The notes beneath the pieces are model-generated. The model was not told the origin of the DNA and ran no database searches. It saw only the letters and a program-made list of their open reading frames with translations. Position numbers and translations under genes: made by a program. From positions 19,727 to 76,361 of the forward strand of contig DCYR01000003.1 of NCBI GenBank assembly GCA_002331495.1: a stretch of DNA of 56,635 nucleotides, read 5' to 3'. This DNA comes from Patescibacteria group bacterium UBA2105. Lineage in GTDB: Bacteria; Patescibacteriota; Minisyncoccia; Phycocordibacterales; UBA2100. Numbering within the stretch: the first letter of the stretch is position 1; each line of letters opens with the position of its first letter. This document shows, in pieces, positions 25,663 through 36,900 of the stretch.

Positions 25663-26079
25663 ATGAGCGCAGAAGCAGCACAAGAAAACGTCGAGCGAAT
25701 TGAAACGCCACTTGATATCGCACGGCAAAACTTCTAGATTTGGAGCAAGGCTCTGCAAAGCGGAAATCCGGCAACAATAGCAAACCTCTATACGGAGGAT
25801 GTTGCGTTCTTGCCAACCCTGGAAGCAATAGGAAGCGGCCGTGTAAAGGCAAAAGCTTATTTTGTGCATTTCCTCCAGAAGGCACCCCCTGGGACTATTC
25901 GGGAGGACATCGAGCAGAGTGTCGGCGATAACGTCATAATCCATTCCGGACTATACGATTTCGACCTTGGGTCAGCAAGAAACCGAAAGGTCGCACATGC
26001 ACGGTTTACGCTCGTGTGGATCGGTATAAATGGCGAATGAAAAATATCCCACCATCACTCTTCGATAATCCCGCATTAG
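25663..26079 (+). pseudogene. SnoaL/NTF2-like (DUF4440/SgcJ-type) gene interrupted by in-frame TAG and TGA
   Basis: The SD AAGGAGG precedes the ATG at 25663. One frame reads MSAEAAQENVERIETPLDIARQNF*IWSKALQSGNPATIANLYTEDVAFLPT...ARFTLVWIGINGE*KISHHHSSIIPH*. The stops are at 25735-25737 (TAG) and 26038-26040 (TGA). The family usually ends ...G.WKI..HHSS, so the TGA sits where Trp is expected. Confidence 0.55.
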
Positions 26080-26102
26080 CTTCGGGACTTGCCGCCCTTA
26101 TG

Positions 26103-26132
26103 GAACCCTCGCAGCACGCGAGGGTTTCGACT
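26103..26132 (+). terminator. Intrinsic terminator
   Basis: AACCCTCGC-AGCAC-GCGAGGGTT is followed by TCGACTTTTT. Confidence 0.6.
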
Positions 26133-26134
26133 TT

Positions 26135-27070
26135 TTAGTTACGACGGGCCAGAATGACAAGTAACGCCATTCGTACCCATAACCCATTCTGGGCCTGCTC
26201 AAAGTACTTGGCACGCGAGTCTAAGTCGGCTTCAACTGCTATTTCGTCTACCCGCGGCAGTGGGTGCAAAATTATTGCATCTTTTTTCATTCTCTCCACC
26301 AACCCCTTGGTGAGAATATATTGCCCCGCTGCTTTCTCGTATTCTTTCTCGTCCCCAAACCGCTCCTTTTGGACACGCGTCATATAAAGCACGTCAGTTG
26401 TTTCAATAATGTCTTCAATCGCCTTGTGTTCTTTAAACTCAACCTTATTCTCCTCTAGATGCTCCTTAAGTCCTTCTTTTAGAGAGCAGTTATCTGGTGC
26501 AACGAAGTTAAAGGTGTTTCCAGGGAACTTGGCAAGAACGTACACGAGTGAGTCACACGTGCGACCATTGAGTAGGTCCCCCACAACCGATATTTCCAGG
26601 TCCTCAACGGTTCCGCGTTCGCGCCAAATGGTATAAACATCAAGCAGGGCTTGCGTTGGATGTTGGCTACGCCCTGAGCCTGCATTTATGAGTGGCACCG
26701 AGACAGTAGCCAAAGCCTTGAGCGACGCGTCATCCTCATAGTGACGCATCACAATCATATCTGCATACATCGAAATAATGCGGATGGTATCTTCGATGGT
26801 TTCGCCCTTAGAGGCCGAGGATGCTTCGCGTGCATTTTCAGTAGAAATAACTGCTCCGCCAAGTTTTGCTATGGCCGACTCGAAGCTCAGACGTGTTCGC
26901 GTGGAAGGTTCATAAAAAAGCGTGGCCACTACTTTGCCACGCAACGCGTCTTGATATTCCTTTGGGTTAGCCCGAATCTTGTCGGCGAGCTCGAATACTT
27001 CTTTCAGAAACTCCGGCGTAAATTGCTGCGAGAGTATGGTGTGTGTATACGGGCTTGGGTAGTTACCCAT
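26135..27070 (-). CDS. pyrB: Aspartate carbamoyltransferase catalytic subunit
   Basis: Motifs are STRTRLSFE, HPTQALLD and ILHPLPRVDEI. Confidence 0.9.
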   Translation of the reverse strand: MGNYPSPYTHTILSQQFTPEFLKEVFELADKIRANPKEYQDALRGKVVATLFYEPSTRTRLSFESAIAKLGGAVISTENAREASSASKGETIEDTIRIISMYADMIVMRHYEDDASLKALATVSVPLINAGSGRSQHPTQALLDVYTIWRERGTVEDLEISVVGDLLNGRTCDSLVYVLAKFPGNTFNFVAPDNCSLKEGLKEHLEENKVEFKEHKAIEDIIETTDVLYMTRVQKERFGDEKEYEKAAGQYILTKGLVERMKKDAIILHPLPRVDEIAVEADLDSRAKYFEQAQNGLWVRMALLVILARRN

Positions 27071-27169
27071 TAAAGCTAAATTTTAGCATCTCTCCCCCAC
27101 ATTTTCCAAAAACTTGATAGGGATAGGATCGTATGATTTCCAGACATGAGATTCATTGTTGGCATGACG

Positions 27170-27199
27170 AAAAACCGGACACTCTCGCGCCCGGTTCTT
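27170..27199 (-). terminator. Intrinsic terminator after rpoD
   Basis: On the minus strand, AACCGG-GCGCGAGAGTGT-CCGGTT is followed by TTTCG. Confidence 0.55.
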
Positions 27200-28483
27200 T
27201 TAGTAGTTCTTCAACTGTGCTGAACGCTCATGGAATCGAATTTTCTCAAGAGCTTTGGCTTCAATTTGGCGAATACGCTCGCGAGTCACGCCAAACATCT
27301 TTCCTACTTCCTCAAGCGTGTGACAAATCCCCTCTTCGTTGAGGCCATTACGCATTTCCAAGATCTTTCGTTCCTTGTCTGAAAGCTCCTCAAGCACCGC
27401 TCCGATGTGTTCTGAGAGAATACGGCGACTCGCTGATTGGTCGGGTGATTCCATCCTGTCGTCTGCGATGAAGTGTCCGAGAGTTGACTTATCCTCGCCC
27501 TCGTCACCCACTGGTGACTCAAGGCTGACCGTTGCCTGGCTAATTTTTTGGATATGATGAATCTTGTCCACCTCAAGGCCCATCTCTACGGCTATCTCCT
27601 CGGGCATTGGGTCGCGTCCAAGGTGCTGAGAAAGCTCGCGGACTCGTTGTTTATACTTCGCGATAGTTTCTACCATGTGTACCGGGATGCGGATAGTTCG
27701 TGACTGATCAGCAAGCGCGCGGGTAATTGCCTGCCGAATCCACCACGTTGCGTACGTCGAAAACTTGTATCCCTTCGTGTAATCAAATTTGTCTACGGCC
27801 TTAAAGAGCCCGAGGTTTCCTTCTTGAATAAGATCCAAAAGTGTAAGGTCGCTTGAACGACCCACGTATTTCTTTGCAATAGAAACCACAAGGCGAAGGT
27901 TTGAGCGCGCTAAAATACCTCGCGCTTCATCATCACCTGCCTCAATTCGCTTAGCCAACTCTTTTTCTTCATCAGCAGTTAGCAGAGGGTACTGCCCAAT
28001 CTCGCGCAAGTACATCTGCACTGAGTCACGCGAAGCGTCTGAGCCTGAGCCAAACTTTTTCCTCTCGAGCAACTCTTCAGTATTGTCCTCAAGAATTCCT
28101 CCTGCCTCGAGCACATCAATACCTGCAGTAGCGAAACGTTCATACATCTCTTCAAGGAATACAAGATCTGATTCAATTGTTGGGAATTCTTTCAAAATCT
28201 CATCATAGGTAACATATCCGCGCTCATGTCCCTTCTTGAGAAGTTTCTCTGCCTGCTTTTCCTTGCCGGTAGCTCCCCTTTTGGGTGGAGTGCGCTTTGG
28301 TGTCATCTTCTTTGCGACCCGATTCGGGGTCGATTTTGTAGGTACCACCCTTTTTTTGGCAACTCTTTTGATGACATTTCTTTTGGCTGCCACCTTTCTC
28401 TTGGCGACTCTTTTTGCAACACCCTTCTTTTTCGCAGTCATTTTTTTACGAACCGCTCTTTTGATAACCTTCTTTCTAGCCAT
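27200..28483 (-). CDS. rpoD: Primary RNA polymerase sigma factor with a Lys/Arg/Ala-rich N-terminal tail
   Basis: Region 2 reads [18 protein letters not shown] and region 4 reads [20 protein letters not shown]. About 75 N-terminal residues are KKRVAKR-type repeats. Confidence 0.9.
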   Translation of the reverse strand: MARKKVIKRAVRKKMTAKKKGVAKRVAKRKVAAKRNVIKRVAKKRVVPTKSTPNRVAKKMTPKRTPPKRGATGKEKQAEKLLKKGHERGYVTYDEILKEFPTIESDLVFLEEMYERFATAGIDVLEAGGILEDNTEELLERKKFGSGSDASRDSVQMYLREIGQYPLLTADEEKELAKRIEAGDDEARGILARSNLRLVVSIAKKYVGRSSDLTLLDLIQEGNLGLFKAVDKFDYTKGYKFSTYATWWIRQAITRALADQSRTIRIPVHMVETIAKYKQRVRELSQHLGRDPMPEEIAVEMGLEVDKIHHIQKISQATVSLESPVGDEGEDKSTLGHFIADDRMESPDQSASRRILSEHIGAVLEELSDKERKILEMRNGLNEEGICHTLEEVGKMFGVTRERIRQIEAKALEKIRFHERSAQLKNY

Positions 28484-28525
28484 AATTCTTAGTACTTTAT
28501 AGGTTTTTTGCTAATTTACAACTAC

Positions 28526-30229
28526 CTACAGATGACTTGGAAACTGCGCGAGTTTGCTCTGTAGTTCTTGATATTTTTCTTCCAATTTTGAGATGGTGTC
28601 TTTGCTTCCGTCAGCTTCTGCCTTTCGCAGCGCCTTGCTAGCCATTTCGAGCTCTTTTTTGAGATTCAAATATGATAGACGTTCAAGAAGCTCGTTTATT
28701 GCATCCTTCATACCATCTCCTGTGTCATACAGTGCTTCAAACCGGAACGCCGCCTCGCTGTTTTTGGTCAACTTCTCTTCCAGAGCTTTAAACCCAACCG
28801 GTGTTAGTACATCTTCTACCTGCTTTTTGAATGCCTTGATGTCTATAAACGGCTCCTTGACTTGCTTCTGCCAAAGATACATCAAAACAAGTTCCTCCTC
28901 TGCCTGTAATGAAACTCCGTCTATCTTCTTAGCATCCTTTTTGGTCACGCCGGCATTAGTGCGATCCACCCTGATCTTGGAGAGTTCCTGCCGAACTGCC
29001 TCTTCCTGGACTGAGAGCTGGGCTGCGACACGTTGAACAAAGTGACTCTTGTCTATTTCGCTTGCAATATCGTGCAAGTACGGGAGAACTTCTTTCTGTA
29101 CCAAAAGTTTGAAGTTTCGCTCGTCTTTTGACTTCTTCCTGTAGTGGTCGAGTAAGAAATCCACTACATGCTTCGAATCCTTGATGGTCTTCTTCCAACT
29201 CTCTACATCACCACGCGCGATCATATCTGCCGGGTCATCCCCTTCGGGTAGCGCGGCTACTTTTACATCAAAACCTGCCCGCAGCGCTGCCCGTGCACTC
29301 TTCGACGCACTCGCGATCCCTGCGTCGTCCGCATCAAGTGCAATGCAGAGATTTTTCGACATTCTGCCAAGGAGCGTAATGTGCTCGGGAGTAAGAGCGG
29401 TCCCCGAGAGCGCGACGGTGTTCGTGTATCCTGCCTGATGTATGGCGACAAGGTCCATCTGGCCTTCCACCAGGACTGCAAAATTATTCTTGCGAATTGC
29501 CTGGCGAGCGCGGTCGTAACCATAGAGTATCTTAGACTTGTGATAGAGTTCGGTTTCTGGTGAGTTTATGTACTTTCCAGTGTTGTCGTCTTCCTTATCG
29601 AATATCCTTCCCGAGAACGCCGCCACGCGACCCACGCTATCGGTAATTGGAAACATAATACGCGAGCGAAAACGATCGTAAAAACCTTTTTCGCCCTTTT
29701 TTATGAGTCCGGCGCCCTCTATCTGTTTCTCGCTGAATCCCACACTCTTCAAGTGGTCAAGTGCCCCGCTCCAGCTATTCAGGGCAAATCCGATACGAAA
29801 TGAACTGATTGTGTCTTTACTAAGTCCTCTGTCCTTCAAATATTTCTGTGTTTCTTTGTTTTCGTTGAAGTTGTCGACGTAGTAGTTCGTAACCGACTCA
29901 AGAACACCAAACAAAGTGTCTTTGTCGCCCTTCGGCGCACCACGCTCGTACGCAAGCTCAACACCAGCTTTGTCGGCAAGCACCTTAAGGGCTCCTTTGA
30001 AATCGAGGCCTTCGATTTCCTGTATAAAGGTGAAGATATCCCCCCCAACACCGCACCCAAAACAATGGTACGTCTGTCGAGATGGTGAAACCATGAATGA
30101 TGGTGTCTTTTCTGCGTGGAACGGACACTTTCCCTTCATGTTTACTCCCGCGGGCTTCAGTTCCACATACTGCCCAATCACCTCCTCAACCGAAAGTCGA
30201 TCTTTTACCTGTTCAACGTTATTAGCCAT
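28526..30229 (-). CDS. dnaG: DNA primase
   Basis: It has the zinc ribbon CPFHAEKTPSFMVSPSRQTYHCFGCG and the TOPRIM motif VLVEGQMD...ALDADDAG. Confidence 0.9.
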   Translation of the reverse strand: MANNVEQVKDRLSVEEVIGQYVELKPAGVNMKGKCPFHAEKTPSFMVSPSRQTYHCFGCGVGGDIFTFIQEIEGLDFKGALKVLADKAGVELAYERGAPKGDKDTLFGVLESVTNYYVDNFNENKETQKYLKDRGLSKDTISSFRIGFALNSWSGALDHLKSVGFSEKQIEGAGLIKKGEKGFYDRFRSRIMFPITDSVGRVAAFSGRIFDKEDDNTGKYINSPETELYHKSKILYGYDRARQAIRKNNFAVLVEGQMDLVAIHQAGYTNTVALSGTALTPEHITLLGRMSKNLCIALDADDAGIASASKSARAALRAGFDVKVAALPEGDDPADMIARGDVESWKKTIKDSKHVVDFLLDHYRKKSKDERNFKLLVQKEVLPYLHDIASEIDKSHFVQRVAAQLSVQEEAVRQELSKIRVDRTNAGVTKKDAKKIDGVSLQAEEELVLMYLWQKQVKEPFIDIKAFKKQVEDVLTPVGFKALEEKLTKNSEAAFRFEALYDTGDGMKDAINELLERLSYLNLKKELEMASKALRKAEADGSKDTISKLEEKYQELQSKLAQFPSHL

Positions 30230-30296
30230 AATTGCTGCAATGGTACCACGCCTAGCTAGCTAGGCGCAGTTTCTCATTACCCCGCTAATAATAGCG

Positions 30297-33200
30297 TTAT
30301 TCTTCGTCGTCTGTAGCTTCTGCTGCAGAGAGTTCTTCCTGGAGTTTGTGAACCGCGTCGTACTTCGCACTTCCTTCAAATCCTGAACCAGCTGGGATTA
30401 CGCGTCCTACGATAACGTTCTCCTTTAGTCCTTCGAGTTTATCCACTGCACCTCGGACAGCAGCCTCTGAGAGCTTGCGTGTCGTGTTTTGGAATGAAGA
30501 TGCTGACAAGAAGCTGTCACGGGTAAGGGCGGTCTCAGTAATACCGGTCACCATCTGCTCGCCTGTCGCAGCTGTACCTCCCTCCTTTTTTACCTTCGCG
30601 TTTTCGCGCTCGAGTTCAACATCCTCTACTACTTGTCCGGCTGCAAATTTGGTGTCTCCTGCATTCTTAATTCTACGTCGCGAAAACATCTGCTTTATGA
30701 CCACCTCGAGATGTTTTCGTGATACCGCAATACCCTGGAGCTCATAGATCTTGTTGATTTCGGAAATGATATACTCTTGCGCCAACTCCTTGCCGGCGTA
30801 TTCGTACAAGTCTCCAAGTTCCGCCGACCCGTCGGTCATAAACTGCCCCCTCTTAATCGCCGCACCCTTCTTTACAAGAATCTGGCGAATAGGTGGTACC
30901 TTGTACTCGATGTCTCGCTTTTTGGCGCCCTTGCTTGTTCCTTCTGGAAGCAAGGTAATGATTGAGTCTTCACCATCCTTGGTGAAGTCCGCAACGACCC
31001 CGTCGATGCGAGCAATAACCGCCGGGTTCTTTGGTGTGCGGTTGTCAAACACCTCTTCCACACGCGGCAGACCCTGCGTAATGTCGCCGCCAACTGAGGC
31101 TGCTCCACCAGCGTGTTTCGTATTCATCGTAAGCTGGGTTGAAGGCTCGCCAAGAGACTGTGCTGCAACGGTTCCGACTGCCTCACCTATGTCGACGAGC
31201 TCATCTGTTGTAAGATCAAATCCATAGCACTGCTGGCACACTCCTCGCTGTGTTTTGCAGGTCATCGGTGAACGAACAATAACAGTGTCCGCCTCTGAAA
31301 CTTCAATGGTTGTCGAATCAAGGGAGGAAATAAGGTGCCCGCGACCAAAAAGTTCCTTTTTGCCGCTCATTACCGGCTCGGCGAGCGTGCGTCCTCTTGT
31401 TGCACGCCCGAGTGGGATTTCCATTCCAAGTGCATTAACACGACTTATCGAGACCCCCTCCTTCGTGCCACAGTCTCTCTCAGTTACTACGATGTCCTGT
31501 GCCACATCGAAGAGTCGGCGTGTAAGGTAACCAGCCTGCGCAGTTTTCAATGCGGTGTCTGCCAAACCCTTACGTGAACCGTGAGTGGTAATGAAGTACT
31601 CAATCGGAGTCATTCCCTCCTTGTATGAAGCGATGACCGGAGTTTCTATGATGTCTCCATTCGGGTTCTGAATTAGTCCCTTCATCCCTGTCATTTGTGT
31701 AAGCTGCCCCACAGAACCACGAGCTCCTGAGGTTATCATATCGTGCACCGATCCGTGTTTATCAACAGCGCTCATCACCAGATCCTCAATCGCGGTTTTT
31801 GCCTTCTGCCACACTTCGATGGTCATGCGCCGACGCTCACTATCCGAAAGCAATCCCTCGTTAAATTGCTCGCGAAGCTCAAGTACCGCTTTGGTGCTTT
31901 CTTCAATAATTTTGGCCTTCTCGTCCGGAGTCGCGAGGTCAGAGAGTCCCCACGTAATTCCGGCGTGTGTTGCGTACTTGAATCCGAAGTCTTTGATCTT
32001 GTCGAGAATCTTCGGCATTCCTTCAAGCCCATATTGTGCGATTAGGTCGTCAACGAGCCTGCTCATGCGTCGGCGGTCTACAGTCTCGTTGATGTATGGG
32101 AAGTCGGTTGGAAGTACCGAATTGAAGAGAAGGCGTCCGACGGTAGTTTCGAACAATTTTCCTTCAAACTGTGCGTACTTCTCTGAGTCACCCGGGAGCA
32201 CCTGGATTTTCGCGCGGAAGTCTACAACGTCATAATCATATGCTCCGATTGCACGGTTGGTAGTCTCAAATGTACGCCCCTCACCCTTTGCTCCTTCTAC
32301 TTCCTTGGTCATCCAATAGATTCCAAGAATCATGTCTTGTCGTGCGTTTGTGGTTACGTCTCCTGAACCGGGCTTCAGAATATTCTTGTGGCTCGACATA
32401 ACCGTGCGAGCCTCAAGCTGTGCCTCATCTGAAAGTGGTACGTGCACGGCCATCTGGTCACCGTCGAAATCGGCGTTAAACGCCTCACAGACGAGTGGAT
32501 GCAACTGGATAGCGCTACCCTCGATAAGTACGGGGCGGAATGCCTGCATACTTTGGCGGTGGAGTGTCGGTGCGCGGTTAAGCAACACGTACTTGTCTTT
32601 AATTACTTCTTCAAGAATCGCCCATACTTCTGGAATACCGTCTTCAATGAGGCGTCCTGCTCCACGGATGTTATACGCAATTTCCCGCTCAAGAAGCCCT
32701 GCAATAACAAATGGGCGGAAAAGCTCAAGCGCCATCATCTTTGGCAACCCGCACTCATCCAAGTCAAGGTCAGGACCAATAACAATTACTGAACGTCCCG
32801 AGTAGTCTACACGCTTACCGAGTAAGTTCTGTCGGAAATACCCCTGCTTCCCCTTGAGGTAGTCAGCAAGCGATTTTAGAGGACGCGAACGTTGTCCTCC
32901 TACTGAGTACGCAGTGTTTCCACGACGTACTGAGTTATCGAGCAACGCGTCTACTGCTTCTTGCAAGATTCGCTTCTCGTTACGCAGAATCACATCCGGT
33001 GCGTAAATGTCTTTGAGTTTCTTAAGTCGGTTGTTTCGGTTGATCACGCGACGATAAAGGTCGTTGATGTCAGAACTCGCGTGTCGACCACCTTCAAGCG
33101 CCACCATCGGGCGAAGGGCGGGGGGAATGACCGGGAGGTGTGTCAAGAACATCCACTCTGGGCGCACATCAGCGTTTTGCATCTGTGATACGAGAGAAAT

Positions 33201-33971
33201 GCGCTTTTGTAACTTTGCTCGATCTGCTGCCCCGGCCTTTTCTTGCTGAGCCAGTAACTTCTGACGAAACTCATCAAGATCAAGGTCGGCAAAAATTTCG
33301 TAGAGAGCCTCAGCTCCGATCTTTGCTTCAAAACACGCTGAATATTTGAGTGCGAACTTGTGGTATTCGCCTTCGTCAAGAACAATACCTTCTTTTATAC
33401 TTTCGATCTCCTTCTTCGCAGCAGTGGCAAGTTCTTTCAGCTTCTTCTTGGTTTTGTCGTCCTTTACATCCTTAACCTTAACTTTGAACTCGTTCTCCAG
33501 GTCTTTCAGAAGGCGTGCTTTCTCGTCCTCAATTACTTTCGTAACAATGTACCCAGCAAAATACACTACCTTCTCTACGTCACTTGCACTGATACCAAGC
33601 ATTAGAGCAATTCGTGATGGAATCCCTCGGTGGAACCAAATGTGTGCGACAGGAGTTGCCAGCTCGATGTGTCCCATGCGCTCGCGGCGCACTACAGAAC
33701 GCGTAACTTCAACGCCACACTTTTCACACACGATTCCCTTAAAACGGATGCCGCGGTACTTTCCACAGTAACATTCGAAATCCTTCTCTGGACCGAAAAT
33801 CTTCTCGTCAAACAGTCCATTTTTTTCCGGTCGTTGTGTACGATAGTTGATTGTTTCCGGCTTTGTTACTTCCCCGCGTGACCATTCAAGTACGCGCTCG
33901 GGTGACGCTAGCTTCAGTGTAACTTTGTCGAAATCGTTTATGAGCATTTCTTTATGTGTCTTCATAGGCAT
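30297..33971 (-). CDS. rpoC: DNA-directed RNA polymerase subunit beta'
   Basis: NADFDGDQMAVH is present, and the ORF is 1224 aa. It overlaps the rpoB stop (TAATG). Confidence 0.95.
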   Translation of the reverse strand: MPMKTHKEMLINDFDKVTLKLASPERVLEWSRGEVTKPETINYRTQRPEKNGLFDEKIFGPEKDFECYCGKYRGIRFKGIVCEKCGVEVTRSVVRRERMGHIELATPVAHIWFHRGIPSRIALMLGISASDVEKVVYFAGYIVTKVIEDEKARLLKDLENEFKVKVKDVKDDKTKKKLKELATAAKKEIESIKEGIVLDEGEYHKFALKYSACFEAKIGAEALYEIFADLDLDEFRQKLLAQQEKAGAADRAKLQKRISLVSQMQNADVRPEWMFLTHLPVIPPALRPMVALEGGRHASSDINDLYRRVINRNNRLKKLKDIYAPDVILRNEKRILQEAVDALLDNSVRRGNTAYSVGGQRSRPLKSLADYLKGKQGYFRQNLLGKRVDYSGRSVIVIGPDLDLDECGLPKMMALELFRPFVIAGLLEREIAYNIRGAGRLIEDGIPEVWAILEEVIKDKYVLLNRAPTLHRQSMQAFRPVLIEGSAIQLHPLVCEAFNADFDGDQMAVHVPLSDEAQLEARTVMSSHKNILKPGSGDVTTNARQDMILGIYWMTKEVEGAKGEGRTFETTNRAIGAYDYDVVDFRAKIQVLPGDSEKYAQFEGKLFETTVGRLLFNSVLPTDFPYINETVDRRRMSRLVDDLIAQYGLEGMPKILDKIKDFGFKYATHAGITWGLSDLATPDEKAKIIEESTKAVLELREQFNEGLLSDSERRRMTIEVWQKAKTAIEDLVMSAVDKHGSVHDMITSGARGSVGQLTQMTGMKGLIQNPNGDIIETPVIASYKEGMTPIEYFITTHGSRKGLADTALKTAQAGYLTRRLFDVAQDIVVTERDCGTKEGVSISRVNALGMEIPLGRATRGRTLAEPVMSGKKELFGRGHLISSLDSTTIEVSEADTVIVRSPMTCKTQRGVCQQCYGFDLTTDELVDIGEAVGTVAAQSLGEPSTQLTMNTKHAGGAASVGGDITQGLPRVEEVFDNRTPKNPAVIARIDGVVADFTKDGEDSIITLLPEGTSKGAKKRDIEYKVPPIRQILVKKGAAIKRGQFMTDGSAELGDLYEYAGKELAQEYIISEINKIYELQGIAVSRKHLEVVIKQMFSRRRIKNAGDTKFAAGQVVEDVELERENAKVKKEGGTAATGEQMVTGITETALTRDSFLSASSFQNTTRKLSEAAVRGAVDKLEGLKENVIVGRVIPAGSGFEGSAKYDAVHKLQEELSAAEATDDEE

Positions 33972-36900
33972 TACTTATCGTCATGGTTACCATCTTTTTC
34001 TAAGTTGATGTCGAGTGCCAACCCGCGAAGGTGACGCAAAAGCACGTTAAAAGTCGCCGGGACGTTTGGCTGCCTAATACGCTCTCCCCTTACAATCGAG
34101 TCAAAGGCTGCCGAACGTCCGAGGATATCGTCAGACTTGATGGTGAGCACTTCTCGAAGTGCATAGGCAGCACCGTAGCCAAGGAATGCCCACACTTCCA
34201 TTTCTCCAATTCGCTGACCACCATTTTGGGCTTTACCTCCAAGTGGCTGCTGGGTGGTAATAGAGTATGGTCCGACTGAACGCATGTGAATCTTGTCTTC
34301 AACCATATGGTGAAGCTTCAAGATGTACATGTTTCCGACAGCAATTGGCTGGTCGAACTTCTCTCCGGTTCGTCCGTCGTAGAGTTCGAGTTTTCCGCTC
34401 TCTGGGAATCCGGCTTTTTTAAGTTCATTAGTTATCTCTTCTTCTGTTGTTCCAGAGAATGGTGGGACAATAGCCTGGTAGCCCTGCTCCTCAGCCGCCA
34501 ATCCCAAGTGCATTTCAAGAATCTGCCCAAGGTTCATGCGAGATGGCACACCAAGTGGTGTCAAGATTATGTCGATAGGCTCACCGTCCTTGGTGTATGG
34601 CATGTCTTCCTCCGGTAGTACGCGCGATATAACCCCCTTGTTACCGTGACGGCCTGCGAGTTTGTCTCCAACAGAAATGTTGCGAAGCTGTGCTACCTCG
34701 ATATGAATTCGTTTAATGATTCCGGACTCGAGCTGGTCACCATTGTCGCGAGAGAATACGCGCACACCAGTAATACGACCTCGTTTTCCTGCTTCCATGC
34801 GAAGTGATGTATCTTTCACATCTTTAGCTTTCTCTCCAAAAATAGAACGGAGGAGCCGCTCTTCAGGAGTAAGCTGTGTCTCACCCTTAGGTGTTACTTT
34901 TCCTACCAAAATGTCTCCCGGGCGTACCTCTGCACCGATGCGCACCACACCTTCTTCGTCGAGGTTTCGAAGCTTCATTTCTGAAACATTTGGAATGTCG
35001 TGAGTAGTAACCTCAGGCCCTAGCTTCGTGTCACGAACATATGCAACAAACTCCTCAACGTGAATTGAAGTAAACTTACTGTTCTTAACAAGACGTTCTG
35101 AAATAACAATCGCATCCTCGTAGTTGGCACCTGCCCATGACATAAATGCGATGCGCGCGTTTTGTCCGATTGCGATTTGTCCGTCCACGGAAGACGATGT
35201 GTCGGCCAGTACCTGGCCTCGTTTTACCTTGTCTCCAGCCCGAACGGATGCACGCTGGTGGAACACCGACATATTGTTGGTACGGCTAAATGCCACAAGC
35301 GAATACTCTTGTTCTTTACCTTTAGTGTTTTTTACGACGATCTTACGAGCGTCTGCGTAGGTTACGGTTCCTGCTTCGTCGGCAATAACAAGACGTCCAG
35401 AGTCGCGCGCTGCGTTCTCTTCAATACCGGTCGCGACATAAGGGATCTCAGGCACAATACAAGGCGTTGCCTGCTTCTGCATGTTTGAACCCATGAGCGA
35501 GCGGTTTGCGTCGTCGTGCTCGAGAAATGGAATCATAGTGGTTGCAACCGAGAATGCTTGCCCCGTTGCTACTTCCATAAAGTCCACCTCCTTTGGTGAA
35601 ATAAAGTACGGCTCACCTTTCTTGCGAGCTTCTATGAGTCCGCTGGTAAACTTGCCACTCTTGTCGCGGTCGGTTGCAGCGTGTGCAATGTAATATTTCT
35701 CCTCATCAAGTGCGTTGAGGTACACGACTTCATCGGTCACTTTGCCGTTTTTTACACGTGCGTATGGAGTTTCGATAATACCAAAGTCGTTCAGTCGGGC
35801 ATGTACTGCGAGTCGCAGTATAAGACCGATGTTTTGTCCTTCCGGGGTTTGGATTGGGCAAAGGCGTCCGTAATGGCTCGTGTGCACGTCACGAACGTCA
35901 AAACCTGCGCGCTCACGCGTAAGACCTCCGGGGCCGAGTGCAGAGAGTGTTCGCAAGTGCTCGAGCTCTCCAAGAATGTTGTTCTGGTCCATGAACTGCG
36001 AAAGCTGGTTCGTTGAGAAGAACTCCATTACTGCAGCTTGAAATGGTCGCGGGTTTACGAACTGGATCGGCAAAATAGTTTCTGCATCAACAGTCGACAT
36101 GCGGTCTTGGATGTTTCGCTTCATGCGGCTCATACCGATGCGCACTTGGTGCTGCATCATCTCACCTACGTAGCGAACGCGACGAAAACCAAGGTGGTCG
36201 ATGTCGTCTTCTGTTGCACCCTTGGTGTTGTTGAGTGTGATAATGTTTCCTACGATTCGCACTACATCGTCTGCAGTAAGAACCTGCGATTCAAGTGCCT
36301 TAGGGGTAGTAGGAAGCTCGAAGCGGTGGTTGAACTGGTAGCGTCCAACTTTTGAAAGGTCGTAGCGCTCCTCGCTAAAGATTGAGGTAACAAACTCGCG
36401 TGCGTTGTCTGGCGTTGCGAGGTCACCGTCGCGAAGTCGCTTGTAGATCTCAATGTACGCGTCATCGGTCGTTTCCGTTTCGTCGTTCTCAAGTGATGCC
36501 TTGATAACCTCCTCTGCACCCTCAACTCCCTTAAATGCCTTGAGCATTGCCTTTTCGTCTTCAAGGCCAAATACCTTAAGAAGTGTAGTAACAGGGAACT
36601 TACGCTTTCGGTCGATCTTCACGTAAATAGCGCCATCTGGTTCACTTTCGATTTCTACCCATGCGCCACGTGCTGGGATAACCTTTGCGCCAAAGTACTC
36701 AGCGCCCTTCATCTCGTTCTTCAAAAAGAAAACACCGTATGAGCGAGCGAGCTGCGGCACAATAACACGCTCAACGCCATTGATGATGAAGGTTCCATGG
36801 TCGGTCATGTACGGAAAATCGGAAAGAAAAATTTCTTGCGACTTGTTCTCGCCGGTAGTTTTGTTGATAAGTTTTGCTTCTATGCGAAGCGGTATCTTGT

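Noticed and set aside
26038-26040. TGA at an expected Trp position, which could hint at an alternative genetic code (TGA=Trp or Gly)
   Set aside because: TGA is used as a genuine stop for well-conserved genes here, such as mltG at 1607-1609 and the SAM methyltransferase at 38102-38104. The same ORF also carries an in-frame TAG. A pseudogene is the simpler reading.
30249-30266. 18-bp perfect palindrome CGCCTAGCTAGCTAGGCG between rpoC and dnaG
   Set aside because: It is a short GC-rich hairpin in a 67-bp operon spacer with no T-run. It is most simply an mRNA-stability or weak attenuation hairpin and is not distinctive enough to report as a finding.
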